A model generated the notes under the pieces. That model worked only from the letters and a program-made list of their open reading frames with translations. It was not told the origin of the DNA and made no database searches. Both the position numbers and the translations under genes were made by a program. From Gemmatimonas sp. (GTDB taxonomy: Bacteria; Gemmatimonadota; Gemmatimonadetes; Gemmatimonadales; Gemmatimonadaceae): a stretch of 64,000 nucleotides of DNA. This document shows, one piece after another, positions 39,301 to 47,657 of the stretch (its first letter is position 1; each line of letters starts with the position of its first letter). The stretch is taken from contig OZ257156.1 of assembly GCA_965279375.1 (NCBI GenBank), positions 1,792,001 through 1,856,000 on the forward strand. The letters run 5' to 3'.

Positions 39301-39573
39301 GCCGACATCACGTCGGAGCTGCTGGAGGACGGGTCGTTCTTCCGCCTGCGCACCATCTCGCTGGCGCGTCAGATTCCGCCCAAGTGGCTGCGTCAGTCGA
39401 ACGTGACGGCGCGTGCGTATGTCACCGGCCAGAACGTGGTGACGTGGACCAAGTACACCGGCTTCAATCCCGACGTGAGCTCGATCAGCGTCGGCAATCT
39501 CAATCGTGGCGTCGACGTCGGTGCGTATCCGCTTGCGCGCACCTGGACGGTCGGCCTGAACATCAACTACTGA
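36388..39573 (+). CDS. susC: SusC/RagA family TonB-dependent outer-membrane transporter
   Basis: Signal peptide, N-terminal extension domain, [79 protein letters not shown]; GAGGA RBS. Confidence 0.95.
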   Translation: [1061 protein letters not shown]

Positions 39574-39582
39574 CCGGCGGAC

Positions 39583-41178
39583 ATGGCCATGCTCAAGCGC
39601 TTCCTGTTCGGCGTCGGCACCGCACTGACGCTCGCCGGCACCACCGGCTGCAACGACCAGAAATTCCTCACCGAAGTGCCGTACGACTTCGTGGGGCCCG
39701 AGAATTTCTACAAGACCTCCGGTGACGCCCTCGCGGCCATCGCCGGCGTGTACGCCACGTCGCTCCACACGACGGGCGACAACTACTACGGTCGCAACTT
39801 CGTCATGCTCAGCGAGTTCATGACGGAAATGCAGACGGTCTACCTCAGCGCGACCAACGAACGCTCGCTCGTCGACAACTACACGTTCACCGCGTCGCAT
39901 GCCTACATCTACAGCACGTGGCAGGGCGCGTATCAGGGGATCAATCGCGCCAACTCGGTCATCGGGCGCGTGCCAGACATCAACATGGACCAGCCGCTGC
40001 GCGATCGGATCGTCGCGGAGGCGAAGTTCCTGCGCGCGCTGCACTACTTCAACCTCGTCCGACTCTTTGGCGGCGTGCCGATGCCGCTCGTTGAGACGCA
40101 GTCCATCGACAATCTGCAGAATCCGCGGGCGACGGACGCCGACGTGTGGACGCAGATCATCAAGGACCTGACCGAGGCGTCAGGCGTGCTGCCGTCGCGC
40201 TACACTGGCACTGACATCGGTCGCGCGACGCGCGGGGCAGCCAAGACGATGCTGGCCAAGGCGTACCTGCATCGCGCGAGCATCGCGGCCGCCGGCGCAG
40301 CCACGAAGACGAGCGACTATCAGAACGCGTTGCGCCTGTTGGGCGAAGTGAAGGCCAACGATGGCTACTCGCTGGTGTCGGACTTCTCGACGCTCTTCGA
40401 CGGCGTGAACGAGAACAACAACGAAGTCATCTTCGACATTCAGTGCTCACGGTCCAACGGCATCGGCTGCCGTCTGTCCAATCAGGTTGCGCCGCGCCTC
40501 TCCAACTACGGCGCGTCGCAGAATGGCTCGTTCAGCGCCGAGCAGCCGTTTCTGGATGCGTTCGTGACCGCGGACAAGCGTCGGGCACCAACGTGGCAGC
40601 TCAACTACCCGACCAAGTCCAACACGACGGCACTCTGGACGTTCACCACGGCCGATCCGCGTGGTGCGTTCTACGTGGGCACCGCACGTACCGACTCGAC
40701 GGTCTGTCCGAACATGGGCAAGTTCCTCGACAAACAGTCGGTGACGGCCGGCAACGACGAGCCGAACTACATCATCCTGCGCTACGCCGACAACCTTCTG
40801 ATGGAGTCGGAGATCAACAACGAACTCACGGGCCCCACGGCGGCGGCGTACACGCCGATCAATCAAGTGCGCAATCGCGCTGGTATCGGTGATCTCGTGG
40901 CGGGACTCTCGCAGGCCGCCTTCCGTGACTCGGTGTTCGCGCAGCGTCGTCTCGAGCTGGCGATGGAAGGCCCCAACGGCTACTTCGACTCGCAGCGCAA
41001 CTGGACGTGGTCCAAGGCACGCATCGAAGCGAACATGGCCGTCGGCAACGCACTCCGCTTCCGTTCCAGCCGCTATCCCAAGTTCCAGACGGCGGTAGCG
41101 GACAAGTTCAAGCTGATGCCGATCCCGCAGCGCGCGCGTGATCTCAACCCCAAGCTCACGCAGAACACGGGCTGGTAG
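39583..41178 (+). CDS. susD: SusD/RagB family glycan-binding lipoprotein
   Basis: Lipobox TTGC, AEAKFLRALHYFNLVRLFGGVP, LRYADNLLM, RRLELAMEG, NPKLTQNTGW. Confidence 0.95.
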   Translation: MAMLKRFLFGVGTALTLAGTTGCNDQKFLTEVPYDFVGPENFYKTSGDALAAIAGVYATSLHTTGDNYYGRNFVMLSEFMTEMQTVYLSATNERSLVDNYTFTASHAYIYSTWQGAYQGINRANSVIGRVPDINMDQPLRDRIVAEAKFLRALHYFNLVRLFGGVPMPLVETQSIDNLQNPRATDADVWTQIIKDLTEASGVLPSRYTGTDIGRATRGAAKTMLAKAYLHRASIAAAGAATKTSDYQNALRLLGEVKANDGYSLVSDFSTLFDGVNENNNEVIFDIQCSRSNGIGCRLSNQVAPRLSNYGASQNGSFSAEQPFLDAFVTADKRRAPTWQLNYPTKSNTTALWTFTTADPRGAFYVGTARTDSTVCPNMGKFLDKQSVTAGNDEPNYIILRYADNLLMESEINNELTGPTAAAYTPINQVRNRAGIGDLVAGLSQAAFRDSVFAQRRLELAMEGPNGYFDSQRNWTWSKARIEANMAVGNALRFRSSRYPKFQTAVADKFKLMPIPQRARDLNPKLTQNTGW

Positions 41179-41185
41179 TCCGTCG

Positions 41186-44100
41186 CTAGCGGCGAACGGG
41201 AGTGGTTAACCGCACGTAGTTCACCTGCAACGCGCTCGCCGATTTCGGCGGGCGCGTTGTGCTTTGTCCCGACGCAAAGAGGCCGAACTTGGCGCCCACC
41301 CACTTGCCTTCACGGGCGGTGAACGGCGTGGATACCTCAACGAAGGGCGCGCCACCTATGCTGTAGGCAAAGCGGCAGACGCCGCCGGCACGTACCTGCA
41401 CGCGCGCGACGACATCGGCCGATGCGAGCGTCTGCAGCACCTCCACGGTCTCAGGGGTGCCCTTGTCTGCATCGCGCACACGTGCCGATACGAGCTGCCA
41501 CGTGGATGGTGTGTCGGGCGCAGGTCGCAGGCCAATCCAGGCATAGTCCAGCCCGAAGACGATCAGCCCAAACGACTCCCCGGCGTTCGCCTTGTTCACG
41601 GACAAGCGCGCGGACACATCGAACGAGTCGGCGAGGAACTTCTGCAGCAGCAGGTTAGGTGCGTCCCACAGGTTGCGCGCCGGCGCCGCCAGCGGCTGTG
41701 CGTTCAAGCGCAGCACACCGCGTGCCGAGTCCATCGCAAACCACTCGGCGCGCGGATTGGCCTGCCATTGCCACTGCAGTCCGATCGTGGACGTGGAGAA
41801 CTCATCGCCGGCCTGCATTGCGAGCGGAGAGGCCGCGGCGCTGTCGCCGATGCGCGGTGTCGTGCCGCGCGAGACAGGTGTGCCCGTTGTGTCGTTCTCG
41901 CTGGCATTGCCGATGACTGGCCAACCGTCAGCGCGCCAACGCATCGGCTGCAGGTGCACAATGCGACCGTACGCGCCCTTGTCCTGAAAGTGCAGAAACC
42001 AGTCGTCGCCGTTGGCCAGCGATACCCACGCACCTTGATGCGGGCCGTTCACGGCAGAGGTCCCCTGGCTCATCACGGTGCGGACGTCATACGGGCCGAG
42101 CGGTGACTTCGCGCGCAGCGCCAACTGCCAGCCCGTAGCCACGCCACCTGCGGGTGCGAAGATCCAGTACCAACCATCCTTCTTGTAGAACTTGGGTCCT
42201 TCGGCGGTGGGGTGATGCACCGAGTCCTGAAAGACGAGCGTGCCGGTGTCGAGCAGCGCGCGTCCGTCCGGTGTCATGCGATGCACCACGAGCCGATGCT
42301 TGATCCCCGAGCGACTGCGGGCGTACGCGTGTACGAGATACGCTTTGCCGTCGTCATCCCACAGCGGCGTGGGATCGATGAGCCCCTTACCCGCCTGCAC
42401 GAGCACGGGCGCACTCCACGCGTCGCGCGGCGTGCGGGCACGTGTCATATAGATGCCGCGATCGGGATCGCCGTAGAAGATCCAGAACCAGCCATCGTGC
42501 TTTCTGATGGACGGTGCCCAGACGCCGTTGCCGTGCTGCGGCGTGTCGAAGGCGGTGTCGGCGAATCTCGGGATCGCGTAGTTGGCGATGGTCCAATGCA
42601 CGAGATCGCGCGAGTGCAGAATGGGGAGCCCGGGCACATGTCCAAAGCTCGACGCGGTCATCCAGAAGTCCTCGCCATCGCGAATGACGTCGGGATCTGA
42701 GTAGTCGGCGGGGAGTACGGGATTGATGAACTCCTCGGTGCGCGCAGCGGCGGATGGTACGACGACCGGCCTTGCCGCGCCGCCGGGGAACGGCACGAGA
42801 CGCGCCTCGCAGCGTCCCAGCTCACCGCTTGCGGATGGGGTGCGTGCGGTTCCGTCGACGGTCACCGTGTTGGGAATCGTCACGTTGCTTCCCGCGCCGA
42901 TGAGATGCAGCGTCGCGTTGCTGCCTTTCACCTTCACCTTGGAGGCGCTGTCGGCGATGACACCGTCGAAGCTGATGTCGAGGCGACGCGTGGCATCGTA
43001 GCCGTCGAGCGTGATCGTGCCGCCGCTGAGCAGGCGCACATGGCGCGCGAGGATGTTGCGGAACTCGGGGATCAGCGTGCCATCGCGTTCGAGTGACGCC
43101 GAGTAGTGCGAGTCCATGTAGATCGGCGCTTTGACGGCGCGGATGCAGACGTTGTCGTATTGCACGTCCTGCACGAGACCTCCGCGACTGCCGTTGGACT
43201 TGATGCGGAGCGCGTTGTCGGTGCCGTCGAACGTGACATCGGTAACGCGGATGGCGCTGGCGCCACCATTGGTCTCGCTGCCAACGGAGACGCCGTGTCC
43301 CGAATAGAAGTGGTTGTGCGCGACCGTGATGTTGCGCGTGGGACCGCTGTTGCCTGCCTTGATGGCGATGTTGTCGTCGCCCGTGTTGATGAACGAATGC
43401 ACAATCGAGACATTCGTCGCGCTCACCGGATCGATGCCGTCGGTGTTGCGCGCACCCTTGGGTGTATTGATCGTCACGCCCCACGCGGTGAAGCCATCGC
43501 CGCGATCGTAGACGACGTGAAAGTTGGGGCCGTTGCGCAGCGTGAGCTTGTAGAGCGTGAAGTCGTTCGTGCGCATCGTCTGCACGAGGCGCGGGCTCTG
43601 CTGACTGAGCGTGGTGTTGCGCGCCTGTTCGGCGAGCTCCCACCACGATGTGTTCGTGCTGCCAATCGCTGCCCAACCGCGACCGTCGATGACCCCGGGA
43701 CCCATGATGCCGCTGTGGTGGGCTCTGTCGGCGGAGATGAGTGGGCGGCAGCCACGTGCGCCAGCGCTCAGGATGCCACAGGCTCCGGGGGTTACGTCAT
43801 ATTGCCGCGGATCACGCGTGGCAAAGAGAATCGCACCGCTGTCGATGACCAGAGTCACGCCTTCGCGCAGCAGTAGTGGCCCACTCACGAAGGCGCGCTG
43901 CGTGCCTGAGGGCGCGAGATGTACCGCGGAGCCCGCCGCGCAGGCATCGATAGCTGCTTGAATGCGTGGTGCATCGCGCGTGACTTCGTCAGCCGGCTGC
44001 ACAGTGGTGTCACCGACCGGCACGACCGTCGCGCGCAGCGTGGCGCAGGCGCGCGGGACGACGGGTTCCTGGACCGTGCGCGTATCCTGTGCGGCGAGTG

Positions 44101-44248
44101 TGCGGGGCAGGCAGAGCAGCACGCTCGACACCAGCGCCGTCGCGAATCGTACTGACGTATCCGCGTGGGTTGTCAGGCGTGACACGCAACGAGCCAGACG
44201 GGCAGACAGATAGTGAGACCGACAGTTAGGCACGGCGAAGCGGGGCAT
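41186..44248 (-). CDS. GH28 polygalacturonase - GH43 glycosidase fusion
   Basis: GH28 motifs NTDGID, GDDNIAIK, GHG, RIKS; linker; GH43 motifs DYSDPD, WAPS, IDP, EGPK, PHQG plus C-terminal beta-sandwich (WVGAKFGLFA). Start uncertain. Confidence 0.9.
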   Translation of the reverse strand: MPRFAVPNCRSHYLSARLARCVSRLTTHADTSVRFATALVSSVLLCLPRTLAAQDTRTVQEPVVPRACATLRATVVPVGDTTVQPADEVTRDAPRIQAAIDACAAGSAVHLAPSGTQRAFVSGPLLLREGVTLVIDSGAILFATRDPRQYDVTPGACGILSAGARGCRPLISADRAHHSGIMGPGVIDGRGWAAIGSTNTSWWELAEQARNTTLSQQSPRLVQTMRTNDFTLYKLTLRNGPNFHVVYDRGDGFTAWGVTINTPKGARNTDGIDPVSATNVSIVHSFINTGDDNIAIKAGNSGPTRNITVAHNHFYSGHGVSVGSETNGGASAIRVTDVTFDGTDNALRIKSNGSRGGLVQDVQYDNVCIRAVKAPIYMDSHYSASLERDGTLIPEFRNILARHVRLLSGGTITLDGYDATRRLDISFDGVIADSASKVKVKGSNATLHLIGAGSNVTIPNTVTVDGTARTPSASGELGRCEARLVPFPGGAARPVVVPSAAARTEEFINPVLPADYSDPDVIRDGEDFWMTASSFGHVPGLPILHSRDLVHWTIANYAIPRFADTAFDTPQHGNGVWAPSIRKHDGWFWIFYGDPDRGIYMTRARTPRDAWSAPVLVQAGKGLIDPTPLWDDDGKAYLVHAYARSRSGIKHRLVVHRMTPDGRALLDTGTLVFQDSVHHPTAEGPKFYKKDGWYWIFAPAGGVATGWQLALRAKSPLGPYDVRTVMSQGTSAVNGPHQGAWVSLANGDDWFLHFQDKGAYGRIVHLQPMRWRADGWPVIGNASENDTTGTPVSRGTTPRIGDSAAASPLAMQAGDEFSTSTIGLQWQWQANPRAEWFAMDSARGVLRLNAQPLAAPARNLWDAPNLLLQKFLADSFDVSARLSVNKANAGESFGLIVFGLDYAWIGLRPAPDTPSTWQLVSARVRDADKGTPETVEVLQTLASADVVARVQVRAGGVCRFAYSIGGAPFVEVSTPFTAREGKWVGAKFGLFASGQSTTRPPKSASALQVNYVRLTTPVRR
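41228..41266 (+). terminator. Putative terminator of susCD inside the 3' end of the convergent GH28-GH43 gene
   Basis: CAACGCGCTCGCCG-ATTT-CGGCGGGCGCGTTG followed by TGCTTTG; 14-bp stem with one G-U pair valid on the + strand. Confidence 0.55.
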
Positions 44249-44274
44249 CAGCGGATGGCAAAGGTCAGAACGGG

Positions 44275-45708
44275 TCACGGCGTGACGCGCGGATGCGTGC
44301 GCGCCCACGTGTCGTACAAGCGAAGGCTCGTTCCGACTTCGGTGCCGTACCACGAGTATCCCGTGCGTCGGTCGGTGAGCAGATCGAAGTCGTAGAGCTT
44401 GATGCCATCACGATTGGAGAAGATCGGGCGGAACGTGTCGATCTCGAGCATGCGTGCCCACACTGGTCCGGCACCGGCAGAGGCCACCAGCCCCACGCCA
44501 CTGACGTATCGCACGTTGGGAATCGCCGTTGCCCGGTAGAACGTCGCGGCGGCGTGCACTGCCTCCACCAGAGCGGCGCTCGGCGCGGGATCTTCCATCA
44601 GAACCTCCATCACGCGTCCGCCTTCCTGGCCGGCGAGCGACGGCAGTTCGTAGGAGCGTCCGGTAGTTGGCACGAGTGTGATCGGATCGTGCTGCTGCCC
44701 CCACGTGGTGCGACTGCCGCGCGCGATCACCTGGCTGGCGAGCAGACAGGAGGTGGCGAGTGCCACTGATGCTGTTGCGCGACTGCGCAGATCCGTGCTC
44801 GCAAACGTGTAGCTGCCCTTGGCGACGTCACGTAGCAGACGCATCACGTTGACGATGGCGTTGTCGTTGTTGGTGGCGGCGTCGTGGTAGGCGCCCATGA
44901 GCGGATACACCTGCGGCCAGCAGCCGGACGGGAACTGCGCTTCCAGCAGATAGTTCACACCGCGGGTGAAGGCCGCACGCGCGATGGTATCGGCGGCGGC
45001 GGCGATGCCGACGAGCCGCAGCTCATTCACCGTCGCGCCGTTGTCGATGGTGCCCACATACGCCCACTCGTCGCTTTCCGAATTGAAGCCGCTGCCCGCG
45101 GTGCGCGGCCCCTTGGCGTAGTCGATGTGCTTTCCCCAACCTCCGGCGGGCGTCTGGTAGGACAGCACCGCACGTAGCAGCGATTGGCCGGGCGCGCTCG
45201 CCACCCACGCCGGTGTCCACGTGGACTGCACGGCGAAGTCGTCCGCGGTGTTGGGCGGTCGGATGACGGCGGTCTGTCCAATCTTCTGGAGCTCGGCCTG
45301 CACGAGGGCTTGGTCAGCTCCCATCCGCTGGCGCGACCGTAGCACGTACGCCGTCCACGCGCCTTGCTGCGCGGTCGGCAGCAGCGTGATCCTATCCGGA
45401 GCGAGCAGGGTGCCCGGGTACGCCGGGATGAGCGGTACCGGCGGCTCGGGGGCAACCGGCGCCGCGGGTGACGCAGGGTCGGCGCTGCAGCCTGCGAGCA
45501 CGACGCCGAGCGCAGCGCCGAGCACCCCGGCGAGAATGCCGGTCCAGCGACGGCTTCGTTCAGCCCCCGTGCCCTGGAAACAGGCTTTCCCGACGCCGCT
45601 CAACCAGTGCGCGCGGTCCTGTCGGCGCCGCGGAGCATAGGACGGCTCGACAACGTCCTGGGCGCGCCTACGATAGGAGCGAGTCAGTGGAGCGGCGGAG
45701 AGGCGCAT
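44275..45708 (-). CDS. Pectate lyase, PL10 family, lipoprotein
   Basis: Lipobox LAGC; QTPAGGWGK, TIDNGAT, QFPSGCWPQVYP, WGQQHD, RSYEL, DRRTGYSWY. Start uncertain. Confidence 0.88.
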   Translation of the reverse strand: MRLSAAPLTRSYRRRAQDVVEPSYAPRRRQDRAHWLSGVGKACFQGTGAERSRRWTGILAGVLGAALGVVLAGCSADPASPAAPVAPEPPVPLIPAYPGTLLAPDRITLLPTAQQGAWTAYVLRSRQRMGADQALVQAELQKIGQTAVIRPPNTADDFAVQSTWTPAWVASAPGQSLLRAVLSYQTPAGGWGKHIDYAKGPRTAGSGFNSESDEWAYVGTIDNGATVNELRLVGIAAAADTIARAAFTRGVNYLLEAQFPSGCWPQVYPLMGAYHDAATNNDNAIVNVMRLLRDVAKGSYTFASTDLRSRATASVALATSCLLASQVIARGSRTTWGQQHDPITLVPTTGRSYELPSLAGQEGGRVMEVLMEDPAPSAALVEAVHAAATFYRATAIPNVRYVSGVGLVASAGAGPVWARMLEIDTFRPIFSNRDGIKLYDFDLLTDRRTGYSWYGTEVGTSLRLYDTWARTHPRVTP

Positions 45709-45769
45709 CGGCGGGGAGGGCGCGACGACTACGAGGTGGTAACGGGGCGCGGGGCATCGGCCCGCGACA

Positions 45770-45790
45770 TTTGTTCTGTGGGCGAACAAT
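45770..45790. promoter_or_regulatory. Putative ROK operator 4 (upstream of the PL10 / GH28-GH43 unit)
   Basis: TTTGTT-CTGTGGGCG-AACAAT. Confidence 0.65.
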
Positions 45791-46100
45791 ACAGTCAACG
45801 CTACGATCCGCCCACGCGAAAAGCAATGCTGTGAATCGGAGGGGGACTGCGGTCGCGCGCCGGGTGACGCGAGGGTCTTGGCGTGTGACGTGCGCCTCGC
45901 TCGGACGGTCGAATGACAGCGAGTCCGGTCGGATCTGCGTTCCATCACGGACGCGGCACGATTTCCGCAGTACCCGACGTCTGTCGCACTGGTGGTCGGC
46001 GGTGGCACCGTGCACCATGAAGCAGCGGGCTCGGCGCGACGCGGCGCACCCCGTAGAGGCACGAACACGGATCTCTCGCCGCGGGATGCGGAGGAGTGCA

Positions 46101-47657
46101 GTGAACGTTCGAGGTAACGCACGACGCATCGGCATCGCCGCAGGGGCCGTCGGGGTTCTGGGTGCGACCTTCGCACTCGGCTCATGGTATGGCGCCGCGC
46201 GCGTACGCGAGCGCGACGAATGGACCGATGGGCGACTGCTCTCCACGGCGATCGATTCGGTTCGGGCCAACGCCCTCGACTCGCTGCCCAGCGAAGAGCT
46301 GGTGCGCCGCGCCGTGACGGGCATGCTGCGCGAGCTGCACGACCCGTACGCCGCGATGCTGCGTACCGAGGGCTATCAGCGCTATCGCGGGTCGCTGCAT
46401 GGTGAAGGCAACGGACTGGGCATGGTGCTGCGTCGACAGGCCGGGGCTGTGAGTGTAGCGCGCGTGGCCACTGGCTCGCCCGCCGCGTCGGCCGACGTGC
46501 GCGCGGGCGATCGGGTGCTGTCCGTCAACGGCGTACTCATTTCCGAAGGCTGGGGACGCGCCAAGGGTGACACGAGCTCGACACCAGCGGACACCGCGCG
46601 CGTGACGCTGTGGCGCGTCTCCACGGGCGACACCGTCTCGGTACGACTGAAGCGTGGCGCTTGGCATGTGCCCGCAGTCAGCGACGCGGCGATTCTGGCC
46701 GACTCGGTGGGGTATGTGCGGCTCAACTCCATCACGTCGCGTTCGGGGGAGGAGTTGGAGACGGCGGTCGAGGCGCTGCAGCGTCGTGGGGCGCGCTCCT
46801 TGCTTCTTGACCTGCGCGGCAACGGCGGCGGTCTCTTCGATGAAGGGGTGCGCATCGCCGGCCTGTTCTTGCCCCGCAACGCCGTGGTCGCATCGCTGGC
46901 CGGACGCGTGGGGAAGCGGGCCGAAGTGCATCGCTCTCCGTCGTCGCGTTGGCCCACGTTGCCGCTGACACTGTTGGTGGATGGTGGTACAGCGAGCGCC
47001 GCCGAAGTGATCGCCGCCGCGTTGCGCGAACACGACCGCGCGCTGTTGGTTGGCACGCCGACCTACGGCAAGGGCGTCGTGCAACGCGTGGTCAGGCTCA
47101 CGCCGGACATCTCGTTGCGCCTGACGACCGCGCGGTGGCTCACGCCGCTGGGCCATGCACTCGAGCGGCGTCAGGGGACGGGCGAGAAAGCACACGGCGG
47201 ACTGTTGCCCGACGTGCTGCTCGACGACGCGGCGCGCATCGATCCGTTCGCGTTGCCCACTGGCTGGTCAGCGCCGGCGTTGCAGGCGGTATCGCGGCTG
47301 GCCGATTCGTTGTCGTTGTTCGCGATACGCGACAAGTGGGAGACGAGTCCCGTTTCGATGCTCGAGGCGCGGCTGCGCATGCGTGCGGCAACGCTCAGCG
47401 CACCGCGGGCTCTCGCGGGTCGTGTGCGCAGCGACTGGGTCAGCGTGGCCACGCGCGTGGCCACGGCGCGCGTGCTGGAGTTGCAGCGCGGCAGCGAGGA
47501 GCTCACGCGCTACAGTGTGCGGACGGATGCAGCGTTGCGCGCAGGAATGGACGTGCTCGCGCCCGGGGCGGACATCGCACACGTGTTGCCGTCGGTACTT
47601 CCCAGCGCAACGATTGCCCGTGGACGACTCGACCTGGCGCGTGCCGGCACTCCGTAG
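46101..47657 (+). CDS. S41 family carboxyl-terminal processing protease (PDZ plus peptidase)
   Basis: AGGAG then GTG; N-terminal TM; LHDPY, DLRGNGGG, TASAAEVIA, TYGKGVVQ, LTTARWLTP. Confidence 0.9.
   Translation: MNVRGNARRIGIAAGAVGVLGATFALGSWYGAARVRERDEWTDGRLLSTAIDSVRANALDSLPSEELVRRAVTGMLRELHDPYAAMLRTEGYQRYRGSLHGEGNGLGMVLRRQAGAVSVARVATGSPAASADVRAGDRVLSVNGVLISEGWGRAKGDTSSTPADTARVTLWRVSTGDTVSVRLKRGAWHVPAVSDAAILADSVGYVRLNSITSRSGEELETAVEALQRRGARSLLLDLRGNGGGLFDEGVRIAGLFLPRNAVVASLAGRVGKRAEVHRSPSSRWPTLPLTLLVDGGTASAAEVIAAALREHDRALLVGTPTYGKGVVQRVVRLTPDISLRLTTARWLTPLGHALERRQGTGEKAHGGLLPDVLLDDAARIDPFALPTGWSAPALQAVSRLADSLSLFAIRDKWETSPVSMLEARLRMRAATLSAPRALAGRVRSDWVSVATRVATARVLELQRGSEELTRYSVRTDAALRAGMDVLAPGADIAHVLPSVLPSATIARGRLDLARAGTP

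Noticed and set aside
20445..45800. PUL as a genomic island integrated at tRNA-Cys
   Set aside because: No integrase, no duplicated tRNA 3' end noticed near the far boundary, and no obvious composition shift.
45468..46185. Long overlapping N-terminal extensions of the PL10 lipoprotein (to 46185) and the S41 protease (from 45468)
   Set aside because: Low-complexity Arg-rich read-through; signal segments, an RBS and operator 4 place the real starts near 45708 and 46101.
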